Shown here in pieces: positions 62,694-64,000 of a stretch of DNA of 64,000 bases. The DNA is from Novakomyces olei (taxonomy: Eukaryota). Numbering within the stretch: position 1 is the stretch's first letter; every line of letters starts with the position of its first letter. Where the stretch lies: NCBI GenBank assembly GCA_016906335.1, contig JADEYG010000009.1, positions 930,001 through 994,000 on the forward strand. The letters run 5' to 3'. The translations under genes were made by a program, and so were the position numbers. The notes beneath the pieces were generated by a model. That model was given only the letters and a program-made list of their open reading frames with translations. It ran no database searches and had not been told where the DNA came from.

Positions 62694-64000
62694 TCAGCTC
62701 CGGACAGGCTCAAACTTGTCGACTGTCTGGGTAAAAGTGCCGTGGCCTCGAGTCAGACTCTGCAGTACACGGTTGTACCCCACCATATTCACCAAGGGCA
62801 CACGTGCCCGAATGACTTGAGTCCGCTGGGGCTGTTGCAGGGCGAGCGCCTCGTGCATTGTAGGATCGGGTGGAGCATAGACTCGGCCCTGTTCGTGCTG
62901 GGCAGAGACAGAATCAAGCGTACTCGTCTCATACACATCCCCATTACGAACGCCAGCAATATCGTTTGCCACTGCTCCAACGTACTGTTCCTCCACGGTA
63001 ATGGCAACGTCCATTACTGGCTGCAAAAGGCAAACGTCTCCCATAGCTGCCGCGTTTATACACTGGGAAAGGGCCTGTCTGACTGCGGCAATCAGAGCAT
63101 GAGCGTTTGTTGCTCCTGCTGTAGCATCGACCTGGTCTAATGACACAGTAACATTGATTAGAGGATGGCCTTGGATACGGCCGCGTACAAGCCCAGCCTC
63201 TGCACCTTGCACTAGTGCAGTCTGGACTTGCTGCCGCGACAAGTCAGCAGCCTTGGCAACCTGCTCAAGGACAGTACGGGGACAAGTTATAAAGTTACTC
63301 TGGCCGACTGCAAATGTTTCCCGCTTGCCCTGCTTACCGTCTGGATTAGTGCCCTTTCTTTCCCAACTTTTTGCCTTTGCACTCCGCTCTTGCGTGCTTT
63401 GCCTGCATGCATCAGCATCGCTCTGCTCTGCCGGTCTAACTTGCAAAGTTACTCCTGCCACTAACGTCTTTGCACCTACTTGCTGCTCATACGCATGTGC
63501 CACAGAAGGCAGTGGCCGGGTTACTGATTCCTTGTAATTGATCTCCAACGGTCCCATCTCCATTCGAGCCTTGAAATGATCACGCAGCCTTTTAGCCCCA
63601 ATATCCAGATGAAGTTCGCCCATCCCGGCCAGCAGTAACTGGCCAGTGGCCTCGTTTACACTGACAGAGAAGCTTGGATCTTCTTGCACAAGCGAGGCCA
63701 GAGCTTGCTCTAGCGGTTTTTGCTCGCCTACTGAAGCTGGCTCCAGGCTGGCCATATAAACAGGCGGAGGCACACTAATAGGCAGCAATTGCAGTGTCTT
63801 TTTGGAGTCTCGCTGCGCAATTAAAGTGTCCCCAGTACGAATGGCTTTAGCACCTGCAATCACACAAATGTTGCCCGCTGGGACAGAGGCAACTTGCCTA
63901 AGGTCGTCGGCAAAGGCGTACATAACTTTGGAAACCCGCTCTGTGCTCTGCGTCCGAGTATTGAATACTGTGGCCCCAGAGTGTAAGGTGCCAGAGTACA
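62694..64000 (-). CDS. MEF2: Mitochondrial ribosome-recycling factor EF-G2, C-terminal part (5' end outside the window)
   Basis: AGNICVI.G...RTGDTL, PPPV...LEP, EDPS, GQ.LL.GMGELHLDI, PVMDV.I, YAPPD, VP...MVGY...L.SLT.G.GTF. Confidence 0.9.
   Translation of the reverse strand, partial: YSGTLHSGATVFNTRTQSTERVSKVMYAFADDLRQVASVPAGNICVIAGAKAIRTGDTLIAQRDSKKTLQLLPISVPPPVYMASLEPASVGEQKPLEQALASLVQEDPSFSVSVNEATGQLLLAGMGELHLDIGAKRLRDHFKARMEMGPLEINYKESVTRPLPSVAHAYEQQVGAKTLVAGVTLQVRPAEQSDADACRQSTQERSAKAKSWERKGTNPDGKQGKRETFAVGQSNFITCPRTVLEQVAKAADLSRQQVQTALVQGAEAGLVRGRIQGHPLINVTVSLDQVDATAGATNAHALIAAVRQALSQCINAAAMGDVCLLQPVMDVAITVEEQYVGAVANDIAGVRNGDVYETSTLDSVSAQHEQGRVYAPPDPTMHEALALQQPQRTQVIRARVPLVNMVGYNRVLQSLTRGHGTFTQTVDKFEPVRS

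Overview
Gene-dense chromosomal segment of an intron-rich ascomycete fungus. Gene content (pot1, tcg1-like, ypt4, qtr2, lsk1/CTK1, ppk1/KIN4, ccq1-like) and 34-60 nt introns with the branch point close to the acceptor point to Taphrinomycotina or a very early-diverging yeast; this placement is inference. The code looks standard (CTG at the conserved Leu of SRP54 MVLADLG; canonical tRNA-Leu(CAG)). I could reconstruct about 28 protein genes by hand-splicing, including three missed by the ORF track (PCC1, acylphosphatase, a 60-aa membrane microprotein), plus two tRNAs, large AT microsatellites and many promoter TTAGGG boxes. No transposon, rRNA or CRISPR was seen. The strongest lead is a 1913-aa Ccq1/HDA2-3-like coiled-coil protein whose disordered N-terminus has ten GW/WG motifs resembling Argonaute hooks. 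Other leads: a compact second POT1-type two-OB protein, several telomere-related genes in one window, and a CTK1 gene whose 5' coding region has no in-frame ATG because of a 25-nt tandem repeat. All family assignments come from recognising motifs by eye; no searches were run.
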